Shown here piece after piece: positions 37,579 through 46,603 of a stretch of DNA of 64,000 nucleotides. How positions within the stretch are numbered: the stretch's first letter is position 1; the number at the start of each line of letters is the position of its first letter. The notes beneath the pieces were generated by a model, which made no database searches, was not told the origin of the DNA, and saw only the letters and a list, made by a program, of their open reading frames with translations. Origin of the DNA: a bacterium (GTDB lineage Bacteria > RBG-13-61-14 > DATKZS01); the NCBI GenBank assembly GCA_963674965.2, contig CAXXFL010000003.1:192001-256000 (forward strand), read 5' to 3'. Position numbers and translations under genes: made by a program.

Positions 37579-38591
37579 TGAAAAAAGGGGCTCGCCGGAA
37601 AACGGGACCGACCGAGCCGCTCAGGGTACACATCCTGGGCATCGGCGAGATCACCACCACCATCGAGATCAAGGGAGGCAACTGGGGAAAAATTCATCCC
37701 ACTGAAAAAAGATGGATGAAGCTCGCCTATAAAAGGATGCCCGCCTTTGACGACAAGAAAGCCGCCGACGACTACGTATCGGCCCATGAAAAATACCAGG
37801 AAATCCTGGAGGAGTTGGGAATCCAGACGCCCTGGCACGACAACCTCCTCCGCCGGCGGGACGACGGCAAATGGGTGGTGTACAACCGGCAGGAGCGGCT
37901 CGAGACGAAAAAGGTCGCCTGCCTGGTCGTTCACGACCTGGACCTCGAGGGCAACCTGAGCCTGTTCAGACAACTTCTAAAAAAGCTCGAGCCCATGTTC
38001 CTTCACAACCCGTCGCGCCCGGATTTGCAGGTCGGCTTCGACGCCCAGCTTCCCAACTGGGTCCTTACCGGGTACGACCCCGAGGCCCGCGAGATAGGCG
38101 ACAACGAGCCCATGGTCTACATCGACACCAGCACTCCACTGCTCCGGGTTGACGGAAGGGAGCTTCTGGACACCGAGCTGTTCCTCCGCGCCATCCCCGC
38201 CGCGTTCCGCCCCATTATCCGGCTCGTGGCCCTCGGCCACGTGGTCAATCGCTACTACGAGCCGAGGGAGGTCATCCTCGACCTGGTGGCGTCCTATATC
38301 ACTCACCGCCGCCCCGACCTGGTGGCCCCCATGGTCGAGGAGGCCAACCGGTTCATGGCCGAGTCGTCCTTCGCCAAGGACGCCGAGCCCTTCACGGAAA
38401 AAAAGATATCCGCCTACAACGGGCAGGACGTGGCCATATGGCACGCCTTCCGGACCCTCAAACGCGTGGACCGGTACCTGGGCGAGCGCTTCCTGGGCAA
38501 GACCTACGAGCAAAGGCTTCCCCATGGATCGCCAAAAAAATGGAAGAACCTGGTCGGGGCCGGCGGCATGGGCCTGGTAGATAAGGACTGA
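37578..38591 (+). CDS. DUF6206-like protein, possibly kinase-like fold
   Basis: LGIGEI, AYKRMP, FDAQLPNW and YIDTSTP; coupled to the aminotransferase stop. Confidence 0.7.
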   Translation: MKKGARRKTGPTEPLRVHILGIGEITTTIEIKGGNWGKIHPTEKRWMKLAYKRMPAFDDKKAADDYVSAHEKYQEILEELGIQTPWHDNLLRRRDDGKWVVYNRQERLETKKVACLVVHDLDLEGNLSLFRQLLKKLEPMFLHNPSRPDLQVGFDAQLPNWVLTGYDPEAREIGDNEPMVYIDTSTPLLRVDGRELLDTELFLRAIPAAFRPIIRLVALGHVVNRYYEPREVILDLVASYITHRRPDLVAPMVEEANRFMAESSFAKDAEPFTEKKISAYNGQDVAIWHAFRTLKRVDRYLGERFLGKTYEQRLPHGSPKKWKNLVGAGGMGLVDKD

Positions 38592-38593
38592 GC

Positions 38594-40585
38594 TTACAGG
38601 TTCTCGTCGAGGAAGCCGGCGATCTCCCTCCAGCACTCGAGCTCGTTGGCGGTCTTCTTGAATCCGTGGCCCTCGTCGTCGAAGACGAGATATTTCACCA
38701 CGCCTCCGTTGGCCCTGACCGCCTCGACAATATCGTCGCTTTCCTTCTTGATCACGCGGACGTCGTTTCCTCCTTGCACCACCATGAGGGGCCTTGAGAT
38801 TTTATCGGCGTGAAAAAGGGGCGAGATGGCCTCGAGCTTTTCCCGCTCGGCGGCGGGGTCCCCTATCTCCTCGAAAAGATGGCTTTTAAAAGACGACCAG
38901 TAGGGGGGCATGTTCTCGAGGGTGCGGACCCAGTTCGAGACGCCGAACACGTCCACCCCGGCGGCGAACTCCTCGGGCGTGAAGGCCAGGGCCGCCAGGA
39001 CCATGTAGCCGCCGTAGCTCCGGCCCATGATCCCGATCCGGTCGGGATCGATCCAATCGAGGCCGGCCAGGTAGCGCCTCGCGTCCACGCAGTCGTAAAG
39101 GGGCTCTCTTCCGTGACGGCCGTCGTCGGCGTGGTAAAAGGTCTTGCCGTAGCCGGAGGAACCCCGGTTATTGACCGCCAGGATGGCGTAGCCCTTGCCC
39201 AAAAGATACTGGAACCCCGGCTTATAGCCCGGGCCGCTCTGGCCGCCGGGGCCGCCGTGAACGTACACGATGGCCGGCGCCCGATTATCCGGACCGGCGC
39301 CGATCGGCCGGTAGAGGAACCCCGGTATGGTCAGGCCGTCCCTGGCCGCGAAGCTTATCCGCTCCGACTCGACCAGGCTTGACTTGTCGATCTCGGGGTT
39401 GTCGGCGCTCGCGAGCAGGCGCGACTCGCCCGCCGAGCGGTCGTAAGCGTATAGGCTCCTGGCCGAGACGTCGGAGCCGGCGTAAAAGGCCATCAGGTCC
39501 TCGTCCCGCGAGAAGACGACGCCGCTTATGGTCTCGCCCGGCGGCTCGGGAAGGATGATGGATTGGCCGTTTCCCACCTTGGTGACGCTGACCGCGGGCC
39601 GGCCGTCAAGGTTGACGACAACGATTATAAACGTGCCCAGCCTGCTGAAATCGGCGGAGATTACGTCCCACTTGAAATCGCCCACCGTCTCGCGGGTCTC
39701 GCCGGCCAGGTCGAAGCGGACAAGGTCCATGAACTCTCCCCGACCGTCGGAAAGGTAGTAAAGCATGTCTCCCCTGGGACTGAAGGTCTGAGGTGAATGG
39801 CGCCCTTTTAAATCCGCGCCCGCCGCGAGAATGGTCTCTTCGCTCTCGAGGTCGCGGACGTATAGCTCGTTGGACCCGTTGCCCACCACCCTGGTCAGCG
39901 CCAGTTTTTTTCCGTCCCTCGAAATAGGGCCGATGGAGAAGGGAGAGTCAAGGTCGTTCTCGAAAACGATTTCGGCGCTCATGTCCTTGGTCTCGGGTTC
40001 GATCTTCCATTTATATAGGTCGAAGGCGCGAGGGTCCCGGCGGTTGTTGGAGGCGTAAAAGAAGCGGTCGTCGTGACTGAACCCCTCGAAGCTTTCCTTG
40101 ACTTCCGGGTCGCCCGTGAGGTCAACGGTGGACCCGTCCGGGTGAAGGACGTAAAGATGGGTCTTCTCGTTTCCTTCCCGGTCCTTGCGGTAAAGGATCC
40201 TGTCGTCCGCGGGAAAATAGGACTGGCTGAAGATCGAGTCCGTCTTCGAGTCCGTCAGCCTTCTTCCGTTATCGCCCCGGACCCCGATTTCATAAACGTT
40301 GTAAACGCCCGATTCATTGCTGGTGTACAGTATCCGTTCCCCGTCGCGGGAAAAGGACGCTCCACCCAGGCTTTTAAACTTGTGCAGGGCCTCGAGGCCT
40401 ACCCGTTCCGGTCTTTCCTTTTTTTGCCTCGCCGACGATACTTTGGAAGCCTGGCCGTTTTCCGGGGAAGCGCCCTTTGCATGGTCCCGGCAGGACGACG
40501 CCAACAATAGGACGGCGAAAAAGAAAACGAAAAGGGCCGTACCCCCCGGGGCCCCGCCCCGCCTTCGCTCGAGCGCGTCCAGGAT
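38594..40585 (-). CDS. S9 family (prolyl oligopeptidase/acylaminoacyl peptidase) lipoprotein
   Basis: HGGPG, GRSYGG, D and DEGHGF triad; beta-propeller region; lipobox LASSC. Start uncertain (non-canonical start proposed). Confidence 0.88.
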   Translation of the reverse strand: MLDALERRRGGAPGGTALFVFFFAVLLLASSCRDHAKGASPENGQASKVSSARQKKERPERVGLEALHKFKSLGGASFSRDGERILYTSNESGVYNVYEIGVRGDNGRRLTDSKTDSIFSQSYFPADDRILYRKDREGNEKTHLYVLHPDGSTVDLTGDPEVKESFEGFSHDDRFFYASNNRRDPRAFDLYKWKIEPETKDMSAEIVFENDLDSPFSIGPISRDGKKLALTRVVGNGSNELYVRDLESEETILAAGADLKGRHSPQTFSPRGDMLYYLSDGRGEFMDLVRFDLAGETRETVGDFKWDVISADFSRLGTFIIVVVNLDGRPAVSVTKVGNGQSIILPEPPGETISGVVFSRDEDLMAFYAGSDVSARSLYAYDRSAGESRLLASADNPEIDKSSLVESERISFAARDGLTIPGFLYRPIGAGPDNRAPAIVYVHGGPGGQSGPGYKPGFQYLLGKGYAILAVNNRGSSGYGKTFYHADDGRHGREPLYDCVDARRYLAGLDWIDPDRIGIMGRSYGGYMVLAALAFTPEEFAAGVDVFGVSNWVRTLENMPPYWSSFKSHLFEEIGDPAAEREKLEAISPLFHADKISRPLMVVQGGNDVRVIKKESDDIVEAVRANGGVVKYLVFDDEGHGFKKTANELECWREIAGFLDENL

Positions 40586-40594
40586 GGCTTCCCC

Positions 40595-41452
40595 CTATTT
40601 GCCCACGACCTGGAGGCTTTGCCGGCAGACCACGTTATAAGACTTGGTGGGATAGTTGCCGTGGAGCCGCACCTCGTAGTCGCCCGGCGAGGTCGGTACG
40701 GCCAGGGTGACCTCCGTCGCCCCGGAGTCGACGTATTTCCAATCCCCCCATTCCCCGTCACCGGCGCCCGCCCGGATGAGGGTTATCCAATATTGTTCTC
40801 CAACCACTGGTACCAGAGGGGCCCCGAAAAAAACCCTCGGGGCCTGGCCAACCTGGATGGCCGTCCTCTCGAGACGGCAAGACTCCATGGCCCTCGTGGA
40901 CTCCTCGCCCGCGCTCACGCCCGGACCGGAGGCCACCACCTTGAGCGAGACCCGGAAAACCACGTTGTAAGGCTTGGCCGGATAGTTGCCGTGCAGCCGA
41001 ATCTCGTAGTCGCCGGCCTCGGTCGGAGCGGCCAGCTTGACCTCGGTCGCTCCCGACTCGACGTAGGCCCACTTGCCCCAACTGGGGTCGGGTTCCCGGC
41101 TGGGAATAAGGGTGATCCAGTACCTTTCCCCCTCGAGCGGAACGAGAGGCGCGTTAAACCGGATCACGGGCGACTCGCCCACCTCGACGGTCGGGGCCGC
41201 GAGCGTAAAGGTGGGATTCACCGAAACCGCGCCCGCCCCGGCCGGGGCCGCCGGCTGGACGGGAGGAGCGGCCGGCTTGTCCTTGCCCGAGGGCTTGTCC
41301 AGTTCCTCGTCGACCTTCTCGACGAGCTTCCGGCCGAGTTGTTTCGTCTTCTCGTCCACGCGGCGGTCAAGGTCCTTGACGTCCTTACAGCCGGGAAGCG
41401 AAAGGGACGCCGCCAGGGCGACGAGCGTAAAGTAAACGAAGAAGCGGTACAT
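40595..41452 (-). CDS. Lipoprotein with two tandem ~90-aa beta-rich domains
   Basis: Lipobox LPGC; duplicated YWITLI...WG.W.YV.SGATEV.L..PT..GDYE.RLHGNYP. Confidence 0.85.
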   Translation of the reverse strand: MYRFFVYFTLVALAASLSLPGCKDVKDLDRRVDEKTKQLGRKLVEKVDEELDKPSGKDKPAAPPVQPAAPAGAGAVSVNPTFTLAAPTVEVGESPVIRFNAPLVPLEGERYWITLIPSREPDPSWGKWAYVESGATEVKLAAPTEAGDYEIRLHGNYPAKPYNVVFRVSLKVVASGPGVSAGEESTRAMESCRLERTAIQVGQAPRVFFGAPLVPVVGEQYWITLIRAGAGDGEWGDWKYVDSGATEVTLAVPTSPGDYEVRLHGNYPTKSYNVVCRQSLQVVGK

Positions 41453-41475
41453 GGCTGTCCTCCTTGTCCGGACGG

Positions 41476-42726
41476 TTAGTGTTTGAAGCTTCTTTCCCCC
41501 GTGAATACCATGGTGGCGCCGTACTCGTTCACGGCCTGGATGGACTCGAAGTCCCTCTCGCTGCCGCCGGGCTGGACCACCGCCTTGACGCCCTCCTTAA
41601 GGCCGACCTCGATCCCGTCGCGGAAGGGGAAGAAGGCGTCCGAGATCATGACCGAGTTCTCGATGCCGCCCTTCATCGCCGCCGCCTGGCGCTCGTATTC
41701 CCTCTTCTTCTTTTGGTTCTTCAAGTTGGCAAGGGGCACGCCCTCCGCCTCCCAGCAAAGCCGGTCGGCCAGCTTGCGGTAGGCCTTGTCCCGAGCGATC
41801 TCGGCAACGCCCACCCGGTCCTGCTCGCCCGTTCCTATGCCCACGGTCACGCCGTCCTTGACGTAGATGACCGAGTTCGAGGTCACGCCGGCCTCGACCA
41901 TCCAACCGAAAACCATGTCGCCGAGCTCGCGTTTGGTCGGCTTCCTCTTAACCTTGTAGGTCTCGCCCTTGTACTCGCACCGGGCCGGGATGAAGTCCTC
42001 CGGCCGCCGCGCCCTGGGCGTAAAGGACCACTGTACTATCTGGCCCCCGTCGATCAGGGTCTTGAACTCGGGCACGGGAGCGTTCACGAAGTCGGCCAGT
42101 GCGTCCATGTTCTGGATTTTCATGACCCGAAGGTTCTTCTTGGTGGACAGGACGTCCATGACCCCTTCCTCGTAATCGGGAGCGGCCACGACCTCGGCGT
42201 ACCTTTTCACTATCTCCCTGGCCGTCGCCTTGTCCAGGGCCCGGTTGACGGCGATGGCCCCGCCGAAGGCCGCTATGCGGTCGGCCAGGTCCGCCTTGAC
42301 GTAGGCGCTCCGGAGGGACCGACATCGGGCCACGCCGCAGGGATTGTTGTGCTTCACGATCGCGACGGTCGGCTTGTCCGTAAGATAGCGAAGGACGTTG
42401 AGGGCCGCGTCCACGTCGGTGACGTTTATCTTGCCCGGATGTTTTCCCGACTGGAGGAGCTCGAGGCTCGAGGCCAAGTGCCTGCCGGGCTGAAGGGTCT
42501 TGACCTTCCCGAGGACCAAGTTGCCGTTGACGAGGCGGTAAAGGGCCGCCTGCTGGGTGGGGTTCTCGCCGTACCTTAGCCCCTTCACCTCGCCCCCGAC
42601 GTTCCATCCCGTCTTCTCGTACACCAGGGTCTGTCTGGAATCGCCGCCGATAAAGGATATCTCCATCCTGGGAGGAAAGTCGTCGCCCAGGATCGTCTTG
42701 TACATCTTCTTAAGGTCTTCGCTCAT
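41476..42726 (-). CDS. purH: PurH C-terminal half (AICAR transformylase-like domain)
   Basis: LRYGENPTQQAALY, VKHNNPCG, SDAFFPFRDG, QPGGS.RD and TGERSFKH. Confidence 0.88.
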   Translation of the reverse strand: MSEDLKKMYKTILGDDFPPRMEISFIGGDSRQTLVYEKTGWNVGGEVKGLRYGENPTQQAALYRLVNGNLVLGKVKTLQPGRHLASSLELLQSGKHPGKINVTDVDAALNVLRYLTDKPTVAIVKHNNPCGVARCRSLRSAYVKADLADRIAAFGGAIAVNRALDKATAREIVKRYAEVVAAPDYEEGVMDVLSTKKNLRVMKIQNMDALADFVNAPVPEFKTLIDGGQIVQWSFTPRARRPEDFIPARCEYKGETYKVKRKPTKRELGDMVFGWMVEAGVTSNSVIYVKDGVTVGIGTGEQDRVGVAEIARDKAYRKLADRLCWEAEGVPLANLKNQKKKREYERQAAAMKGGIENSVMISDAFFPFRDGIEVGLKEGVKAVVQPGGSERDFESIQAVNEYGATMVFTGERSFKH

Positions 42727-42741
42727 TTATTGCCGCTCCTT

Positions 42742-43419
42742 TTACCCGATCTCGGGATAGGACTTCCTCGCGCTCGCGAACGACGCGCCCGCCAGATAGT
42801 CGGCGATGGCCCGGTCGTAGGACGCCGTGTGCTCGAAGGCCTTGCCGGCCAGGGAGTACCTCATCTTCAGGGTGGTGGCCCCGCCGTTTTTCTCCAGTTC
42901 CCTGATTATGCCCTTGTAGTCCGACGGGTCCACCACCGAGGCCACGCGAAGATAGTTCTTGGCCGAGGCCCTGATCATGCAAGGTCCCCCGATGTCCACG
43001 TTGGCCCTGGCCTCCTCGACCGTTACGCCTTTCTTCGCGACCGTCTCACGGAATGGATAAAGGTTCACGACCACCATGTCGATGGGAACGGCCCCCGTCC
43101 TTTTCAGGTCCTCCTTGTGGCTCTCGTTGTAGGTCTCGGTGAGAAGGCCGAGGTAAATCTTGAAGTCCAGCGTCTTCACCAGCCCCCCCTGCGTCTCGGG
43201 CTGGCCCGTGTAATCCGAGACCTTGACCAGTCTCGCCGCGGCCGCTTTACCCAGTATCTCCTCCAGCTTTTTATAGGTGCCCCCGGTCGAGATTATCCTC
43301 GCGCCCTTGCAGGCCTTTAAAAGGGCGGGCGCGAAATCCTCGAGTCCGCCTTTATCGGACGCGCTGATAAGGACGTTTCTAACCCTGACCAGGTTGTCAA
43401 TCTTCCCGACAATGTTCAT
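42742..43419 (-). CDS. purH: PurH N-terminal half (IMP cyclohydrolase, MGS-like domain)
   Basis: LISASDK, STGGT, VKTL, VVVNLYPF, DIGGP.MIRASAKN and AFEHTASYD; GGAGG RBS. Confidence 0.88.
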   Translation of the reverse strand: MNIVGKIDNLVRVRNVLISASDKGGLEDFAPALLKACKGARIISTGGTYKKLEEILGKAAAARLVKVSDYTGQPETQGGLVKTLDFKIYLGLLTETYNESHKEDLKRTGAVPIDMVVVNLYPFRETVAKKGVTVEEARANVDIGGPCMIRASAKNYLRVASVVDPSDYKGIIRELEKNGGATTLKMRYSLAGKAFEHTASYDRAIADYLAGASFASARKSYPEIG

Positions 43420-43589
43420 GCGCTCCTCCTTTTCCACTTTCATCCGCCCCGGGCGGGACAAGGAACATCATATTCTTAAAACGCGCCTCGATCAATGATC
43501 GCAAGGGGAAGGGAGAAGGCGGCCGGCACAAAGTATCGGGGACCCCTCCCTCTTGATATCCCGGAAAAAATCCGTATCATAATAACAGC

Positions 43590-43667
43590 GTCCCCATCGT
43601 CTAGCCTGGTCCAGGACACCGGGCTTTCAATCCGGCAACACGGGTTCAAATCCCGTTGGGGACGCCA
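43590..43667 (+). tRNA. tRNA-Glu(TTC)
   Basis: Acceptor stem GTCCCCA/TGGGGAC, anticodon arm CCGGG-CTTTCAA-TCCGG, T-arm GGTTCAAATCCC and encoded CCA; TTGATA-N16-TATCAT promoter upstream. Confidence 0.95.
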
Positions 43668-43791
43668 TTTTATTTCAATCCTCTTCAGAAAGCGTCAGGT
43701 CAACCTCCGGACGGTGCGCGTCGGCGCCTGGAAGATTCAAAGGCGCTGCTATAGAGCGCGTCGCCAGAAAGAGGACGGACGCTCGCCTTGA

Positions 43792-44937
43792 CTCCACGCG
43801 CCTTGGTTTACAGCCGCTTATGGCTCTCCTCTTTCCGAGGCTCTCCCCATATTCAGGGACTTTAGAGATAAAGTCCTCAAACGCTTTGGAACGGGACGCG
43901 GGTTCGTGGAATGGTATTATCAAAACGGACCTAAAGGCGCTTCTTATATCGGCTCTCACGAGACCGCCAGGACGGCCACGAGATGGGGTCTTACGGCGGC
44001 TTTGGTACCCGTTAAGGTTATCGTTTATGGCGGCTTCTTCGGCTTTACTTTAATCTTGATATCGGTTGTCGCTTCCATATGGATTTCTCGCGGGTTGGGT
44101 CTTAAATGGAGGCGGGCCGTTTTAGTTGGAATAGGGTTTGCCTTCGTATTCATCTTTGGGTATTCTCTTGTCTTGGACGTGCCCGAGGCCAAGGCGGCTT
44201 ATTACAATGAGCTTGGGACCTATTATTACACGGTCGACCACATAGGGAGGCCCTTCAACATGCGAGACGGTTCTACTGAGCTTGAATGGTGGGAGCACCA
44301 CTACCCCTTCGGCGAGATCATCTCCGGGGTTGGCAGCGTCTCGGCCGGCAAGGGTTCCGAGGAGATCGCCTGGAAGCCCGGCTTCCGCTTCCCAGGTCAG
44401 TACGAGTCAGATGGAATGGGCATCACTTCCACTGGCGGTTCGTTCTTTGTGCAAAACCATTATAGAGAATATATTCCAAGATTGGGGAGGTATAATAGGG
44501 TTGATCCTCTTTATTTTATTAATATCAAGCTCCCAAATAAAGAACACAATGAAAGAACTTATTTATATGCAAAATTAAATCCCACTGCTAATTACGATTT
44601 TTTAGGACTAGCGCCAGAGTGGGCTTGGGGGGCTGCTTATACTATATTTAATAACTGTTATTGTTGTTTTAGATATCATCCTCCATCTGCTTGGACAACT
44701 TATATTTGGAGGGAAACCCCTCCTTTTTCGCTGTATAATACTGACAAATGTGCTAACGAACCTCTGTGTTGTAGTATTAACCCATTTAATTTCCCATGTT
44801 GCTCTTGTGCCTGTGAATTGAGATTTAATGAAATAAAAGATACTGGAGACTTTCATGGATCAAGATGGAGTCCTTCTTATGAAAGCTTATTTTGCAGGGC
44901 TTATGTCGGAGATGATTTAAATGATTTTGAGGAATAA
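43792..44937 (+). pseudogene. 5'-truncated Rhs protein: CFI-box-like domain, 2 TM, Rhs core and Cys-rich C-terminal tip
   Basis: Open frame from 43792: TAAYGSPL...FRDFRDKVL...GRGFVEWYYQNGP, then YYYTVDHIGRP, FRFPGQY, NHYREY.PRLGRY..VDP, YLYA..NP...DFLGL. Confidence 0.8.
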
Positions 44938-44941
44938 TAGA

Positions 44942-45337
44942 ATGAAGAAAAAGATTACTATATTATTCATATTAATTATTATTGTTGCAATACTGATATT
45001 TCTATTCCCATATATTTTCTTAAGATTTGATTTTGATGGCGATGGTAATACTGACTTGGTATGGTATACCAATGGAATATCAACAATTAAACTTAAAGAT
45101 TTTGATAGCGATGGCAATTTCGACATCAAGGAATATAATTACCTCTTTAGCTATCAAATAAAGTATTTCCTTGTTCTAAATGATTCTTTTGATAATCTCA
45201 CTATTAATCAGCATTATTCCGATGGCCAAATCTGTAGTATCAAAATGGGAGAGCGATGCCCAAAAAGAAAAGTGAAAGTAAAAAAAACCATATGGAAAAT
45301 TGGTTCCAAAACAATATTTGCAGCAGGTCGGAATTGA
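44942..45337 (+). CDS. Putative immunity protein, membrane-anchored, with DxDxDG motifs
   Basis: AT-rich ORF immediately after the Rhs tip; N-terminal TM; DFDGDGNTD and DFDSDGNFD. Confidence 0.6.
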   Translation: MKKKITILFILIIIVAILIFLFPYIFLRFDFDGDGNTDLVWYTNGISTIKLKDFDSDGNFDIKEYNYLFSYQIKYFLVLNDSFDNLTINQHYSDGQICSIKMGERCPKRKVKVKKTIWKIGSKTIFAAGRN

Positions 45338-45352
45338 TTAAGATACATTAAA

Positions 45353-46294
45353 TCATCTGTCATGCAATTCTTGATAAATTGTATTTATTGCCTCATTAAT
45401 TAATGCTGCAAACATTAATTCTGCCCCACAAACTTTCAAATTAGCCCTTTTATTAACGGCAACCACATACACTTTATCAACTCCAGCATTGAGACACTTC
45501 TCGATGTTCTGCTGGATTTGTTTTCTGGAGTTCTTGCCCGTTTCTATTTCAAAGGCGATCTTTTTTCCATTAAGATAGGCAACCAGGTCAATGGTTTTAT
45601 CCTTGGTTTTCATTTAAACAGGAACCTCTTCTTTTACCTTGGCTCCCTGCTTAATCAAGTCCTTCTTGATCTTATCCTTCCAGTACTCGTGCTCGGCTCC
45701 TGCGTTTGTCTTACGTTCAGGAACTTTCCATCCCTTTACTCGAAGATAACTTCTCCCTTTTTCAGTTAAAGAGAGAATCTTCTTTCTCACGATTCCTTCT
45801 GAAATTTGCTCTTCTGAAATGTATTCCTTGGCCTGGAGTTGTTTCTTGATATCATTCCCGTCGCGATAATTCAGCCCAAGGTTCTTGTAATGCTGAGTTA
45901 CCGAGATAAAAGGGTTATCGAGAATCTCGACTAAAAGGAGGTCCTCTTTGTTTTTCTCCTCAAGATGGGGGGAAAGATTAGCTTTCTTTGAAATCCCCTG
46001 AAAACCGCTCCTTTTAGGGAAGCAAGGCCATTTTACGCTTTTCTTGCTGAAATACGCATCTTCCATGTGCCTCTTAACATCCTTATCAGAGACATGGGCT
46101 TTTATCTTGACAAGAGGAAACTTAACCAGAAAACTATCCGGGAAGTCTCCTTTCATGTTCACGATGGCCTGGCCTATGGGAATCTTTCCAAGATAGTCCC
46201 ATTCATAAGACTTAAGTCCCATGCTAGATCCAAGGACTTGTATGTCTTGTCGATACCTTTGATTCAGGGCTATCAATGTATAGGTGTTTTGCAA
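45353..46294 (-). pseudogene. Remnant of a HerA/VirB4-like ATPase C-terminus, wHTH and PD-(D/E)xK-like domain
   Basis: Two ORFs in the same frame separated by one TAA (45614-45616); NTYTLIAL, GQAIV, LTEKG, HEYW and IDLVA...IAFEIETG; no Walker motifs; low GC. Confidence 0.6.
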
Positions 46295-46603
46295 TGATCG
46301 AGTACAACTCCCGCTCGACGCGGGCCGAGTTGATTTCCCACATGGTCAGCGCGACTCTGAGGGGCTGGCCCCATACTCTCAAGATCAACGGGATCAAAAT
46401 CCTCGCCAAATTGGACGCGTACAAAGCATCCGATCACTCCTAATGGCTTGACGTCGCGTATTGTTTTCAATATTCCGCGCCGCCTCTTTTCGCGATCCCA
46501 TATTGCCACTATTCTCCGCCGTCATCCCGATCCAACTCTCCGGCTTCGATGGAGCCGGAAGGTTTTGGTAAAACCGGCCGGGCCATCGGTCACTCCCGCG
46601 TGA

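Noticed and set aside
19584-40585. Transglutaminase and S9 peptidase as the leader peptidase and isopeptidase of the peptide system
   Set aside because: They lie 16-38 kb away, have generic exported architectures and show no linkage evidence.
46273-46509. Small ORF at the right border of the island
   Set aside because: It has no recognisable motif, spans the GC transition and may be debris.
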